Of a stretch of DNA of 64,000 nucleotides, positions 60,776-64,000 are shown one piece after another. The stretch is from an uncultured Candidatus Rokubacteria bacterium (GTDB lineage: Bacteria; Methylomirabilota; Methylomirabilia; Rokubacteriales; CSP1-6), in assembly GCA_963754315.1 (NCBI GenBank), contig CAVWFS010000007.1:64001-128000 (forward strand), read 5' to 3'. The translations under genes and the position numbers were made by a program. The notes under the pieces were generated by a model. That model searched no databases. It was given only the letters and a program-made list of their open reading frames with translations, and was not told where the DNA came from. Within the stretch, counting starts at the first letter, position 1. Each line of letters opens with the position of its first letter.

Positions 60776-60814
60776 GGGTTTAGCGTCCGATCGTCCGATC
60801 CCGGCCGATTGGGC

Positions 60815-61726
60815 TCAGCGGATGGGGGCTGGCCCGCTCCCCTCCTGGGACGCCTCGGTCAACAACGCGACGAAGCGGGCCGCGGTCGGCGTGAGCGGCC
60901 TCTGCCGGCGGTGGATGATCCCCACCGGGCGCACGAGATCGGGGATGTCCATGGTGGCGGCGGCCAGCACCCGGATCCCCACCTCCTTCTGGACCGTGTG
61001 ATGAGGGAGCACGCTGACTCCGGCGGCGATGATGATGGCCTGTTTGATGGTCTCGATGTTGTCGAACTGCATCACGACGTTGACCCGGACGTTGTGCTGC
61101 CGCAACGTCCGGTCGATGGCCCGGCGAATGGTGAGCCCGGGATCGAAGGCCACAAAGTTCTCCCCGTTCAGCTCGGCGGGAGCCACGAGCCGCCGCCGAG
61201 CCAGCCGGTGTTGGGGGTGACAGACGAAGACCATCGGTTCCGCGCGCAGGGGCACCACGGAGAGGGCTCGCTCGGCGGGCGGATAGGACATGATTCCGAC
61301 GTCGACCTCGCCGCTGAGGACGGCCTCCACCACCTTGTGGGGATGCAGGCACTCGAGCTGGACACGCGCCTCGGGATAGAGGGACATGAACCGCTGCATG
61401 TGGCGGCTCACATCGTGCAGTCCCACCGAGTAGATGGCGGCCACGCGCACCGTGCCCGCCACTCGCTCCTTCACGGCGGCTACCTCGGACTTGGCCTTGT
61501 CCCACATCTCGAGCAGCCCCTGGCAGGTCCGGTAGAAGGCCTGTCCCTCCGGCGTGACCACGAAGGGTCGCTTCGTCCGGTCGATGAGGGCGACACCGAG
61601 CGTCGTCTCGAGGTGTTGCACGGCTTGGCTGGCCGCGGACTGCGACACGAAGTTTTGCTCTGCCCCGCGCGAGAAGCTCTGAAGCCGGACGATGTCACAG
61701 TACAGCCGCAGAGTTTCCAGGTGCAT
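60815..61726 (-). CDS. LysR-family regulator (GltC-like position)
   Basis: SFSRGA..FVSQSAASQ HTH plus substrate-binding domain, divergent from gltB. Confidence 0.95.
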   Translation of the reverse strand: MHLETLRLYCDIVRLQSFSRGAEQNFVSQSAASQAVQHLETTLGVALIDRTKRPFVVTPEGQAFYRTCQGLLEMWDKAKSEVAAVKERVAGTVRVAAIYSVGLHDVSRHMQRFMSLYPEARVQLECLHPHKVVEAVLSGEVDVGIMSYPPAERALSVVPLRAEPMVFVCHPQHRLARRRLVAPAELNGENFVAFDPGLTIRRAIDRTLRQHNVRVNVVMQFDNIETIKQAIIIAAGVSVLPHHTVQKEVGIRVLAAATMDIPDLVRPVGIIHRRQRPLTPTAARFVALLTEASQEGSGPAPIR

Positions 61727-61740
61727 CGAAGGTCTCCAAT

Positions 61741-61755
61741 ATTAGTTAATCTAAT
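61741..61755. promoter_or_regulatory. LysR-type T-N11-A operator
   Basis: ATTAG-TTAAT-CTAAT dyad in the AT-rich lysR/gltB divergent spacer. Confidence 0.7.
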
Positions 61756-61837
61756 ACATACCATACGACTTTTCAGGGGTGACTAATAATCATGCTTCGC
61801 GTAGTATCGTGCAACTGTTCACAAAGGGGTGCGCGTC

Positions 61838-64000
61838 ATGAAGGAGCAGCGACCACTCGCCCAGGGCCTGTACGATCCGCGGCACGAGCACGACGCGTGC
61901 GGCGTGGGGTTCGTGGTGAACATCAGGGGCGAGAAGTCGCACGCGATTGTGGAGAAAGCGTTGCAGGTTCTCTGCAATCTCTTGCACCGTGGTGCCTGCG
62001 GGTGTGAGCCGAACACCGGGGACGGGGCCGGTATCCTCGTGCAGCTCCCCGACCGCTTCCTGCGCAAGGTGACCAGCGCCCTCGGCATCGTTCTGCCCCC
62101 CCTCGGCCACTACGGGGCGGGCCTCGTGTTCTTGCCGCACGATCCGCTCGAGCGCTCGCGGCTGGAGACGCTTCTGGGCGACATCGTCGTCCAGGAGGGA
62201 CAACGGCTGCTCGGCTGGCGCGACGTGCCGACCGACGACCGTCTGCTGGGCGCCAGCGCCCGGGCCGTCGAGCCGCGCATCCGGCAGGTTTTCATCGGAC
62301 GCGGCGCGGCCGTGAGTGACCAGGCTCACTTCGAGCGCAAGCTCTATGTGATCCGCAAGCGGGTGGAAGCCGGCGTGCTGGCTCTGGACGGCGGCTCCCG
62401 AACGGCCTTCTACATCCCGAGCCTGTCGTCGCGCACGCTCATCTACAAGGGCATGCTCTCGGCCGACCAGATCGAGACCATGTATCCAGATCTCCTCGAC
62501 GCGGACCTGGAATCGGCGCTGGCTCTCGTCCACCAACGATTCAGCACCAACACGTTTCCGTCGTGGCCCCTTGCCCACCCCTACCGGTACATTGCCCACA
62601 ACGGCGAGATCAATACGCTGCGGGGCAACATCAACTGGATGCGGGCGCGCGAGGCGCTGTGCCAGTCAGATCTGCTCGGGGAGGATCTGGCCAAGGTCCT
62701 GCCGGTGACGCGGGAGGCGCTTTCGGACTCGGCCACCTTCGACAACGTGCTCGAGTTCCTCGTGATGAACGGCCGCTCGCTGCCGCACGCCATCCTCATG
62801 ATGATTCCCGAACCCTGGCAGCACCACGAGAGCATGAGCGCGGAGCGGAAGGCGTTCTACGAATACCATGCGTCGCTCATGGAGCCGTGGGATGGGCCGG
62901 CCTCCATCGCGTTCACCGACGGCACCGTAATTGGGGCCGTGCTCGATCGCAACGGGCTACGTCCCTCGCGTTACTACGTCACCAAGGACGACCTCGTCAT
63001 CATGGCCTCCGAGGTCGGCGTCCTCGACATACCCCCCGAGAACATCCGGGTGAAGGAGCGGCTACACCCGGGGCGTATCTTCCTCGTCGACACCGGTCAG
63101 GGGCGCATCATCGACGATGAGGAGATCAAGCGCGAGCTGGCCGCCCAGTACCCCTACGCGCAGTGGCTGCGCCAGCACCAAGTGAGCCTGGCCGACCTCC
63201 CCGCCCATCCGGAGCCCGATCCCGAGCAACCGGCCGTGCTCACCCGACAGATCGCTTTCGGCTACACGCACGAGGACGTCCGCATCCTGCTCGCGCCCAT
63301 GGGCCATGGTGGTGAGGAGCCCATCGGTTCGATGGGCACCGATACCTCGCTGGCTGTCCTCTCGAACCGGCCACGGCTGCTGTACGACTACTTCAAACAG
63401 CTCTTCGCCCAGGTCACCAATCCCCCTCTCGATCAGATTCGCGAGGAGCTGGTGACGGCCATGGAGTCTACGGTAGGGCCCGAGCGCAACCTCCTCAAGC
63501 CCGAACCGGAATCGTGCCGCCAGATCGTGCTCCCCGATCCCGTGCTGAGCAACGACGAGCTGGCCAAAGTGCGGCACGTCGTGCTCCCCGACTTCAAGGC
63601 GAAGACCCTGCCGATGCTCTACCACGCCGCGGCGGGAGCGGCGGCCCTCGAGCGAGCGTTGGCGGACATGCAACAGGGTGCCAGCCAAGCCGTCGCCGAG
63701 GGCTACAACATCCTGATCCTCTCCGATCGCGGCATCGACCGCGACCACGCCGCCATTCCGAGCCTCCTGGCCACGGCGGCGGTGCACCATCACCTCGTGC
63801 GCGAGGGCAGCCGCACGCGCTGCGGCCTGATCGTCGAGACCGGTGACGCCCGGGAAGTCCACCACATGTGCCTGCTCATCGGCTACGGGGCCGGGGCCGT
63901 GAATCCCTGGGTGGCGTTCGAGACCCTCCACGTCATGATCCGCCAGGGGATCCTGACCGGGGTCGACCATGCAAAGGCGGTCCGGAATTACATCAAAGCC
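61838..64000 (+). CDS. gltB: Glutamate synthase large subunit (3' end off window)
   Basis: Manual translation MKEQRPLAQGLYDPRHEHDACGVGF, HQRFSTNT, AHNGEINT, EPWDGPA, QLFAQVTNPP. Absent from the ORF track. Confidence 0.97.
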   Translation, partial: MKEQRPLAQGLYDPRHEHDACGVGFVVNIRGEKSHAIVEKALQVLCNLLHRGACGCEPNTGDGAGILVQLPDRFLRKVTSALGIVLPPLGHYGAGLVFLPHDPLERSRLETLLGDIVVQEGQRLLGWRDVPTDDRLLGASARAVEPRIRQVFIGRGAAVSDQAHFERKLYVIRKRVEAGVLALDGGSRTAFYIPSLSSRTLIYKGMLSADQIETMYPDLLDADLESALALVHQRFSTNTFPSWPLAHPYRYIAHNGEINTLRGNINWMRAREALCQSDLLGEDLAKVLPVTREALSDSATFDNVLEFLVMNGRSLPHAILMMIPEPWQHHESMSAERKAFYEYHASLMEPWDGPASIAFTDGTVIGAVLDRNGLRPSRYYVTKDDLVIMASEVGVLDIPPENIRVKERLHPGRIFLVDTGQGRIIDDEEIKRELAAQYPYAQWLRQHQVSLADLPAHPEPDPEQPAVLTRQIAFGYTHEDVRILLAPMGHGGEEPIGSMGTDTSLAVLSNRPRLLYDYFKQLFAQVTNPPLDQIREELVTAMESTVGPERNLLKPEPESCRQIVLPDPVLSNDELAKVRHVVLPDFKAKTLPMLYHAAAGAAALERALADMQQGASQAVAEGYNILILSDRGIDRDHAAIPSLLATAAVHHHLVREGSRTRCGLIVETGDAREVHHMCLLIGYGAGAVNPWVAFETLHVMIRQGILTGVDHAKAVRNYIKA

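Overview
GC-rich bacterial chromosomal segment of mostly core genes. Gene content and style suggest a diderm lineage, possibly Candidatus Rokubacteria/Methylomirabilota, but this is an inference. Order: metK (partial), PGI/PMI, rapZ, rpoN, lptBAC, kdsD, kdsA, pyrG, tRNA nucleotidyltransferase, murJ, rpsT, ceramidase-like, holA, lptE, leuS, small exported protein, uvrC, uvrB, HNH, cytochrome c, FNR, CBS protein, NCS2 permease, nrdJ, TolC/MacAB-type exporter, histone-tail protein, nth, then a corA/ABC/ATL/MBL/peroxiredoxin/SRPBCC operon, suhB, DUF1285, MEMO, GroES-like, rmuC, TIGR02757, nadX, trxB, HAD, glcDEF, korAB, LysR, gltB (partial). I saw no rRNA, tRNA, CRISPR, prophage or transposase. 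The ORF track misses or mis-calls several things: a selenocysteine peroxiredoxin (in-frame UGA at the peroxidatic site plus a SECIS-like hairpin), an SDR gene collapsed to 35 codons, and a ~126-bp MITE-like palindrome. Other notable points: a TetR-C-like protein carrying an H1-like 12-aa repeat tail, an orphan divergent GroES next to an RRE/PqqD-fused MEMO protein, a Spy/CpxP-like insert in a MacA adaptor, a sigma54 site in front of the rpoN operon, Rex/CRP and NrdR operators, several leaderless genes, and a probable CTG start for holA. Five genes, including essential leuS, carry frameshifts that are most likely long-read errors.
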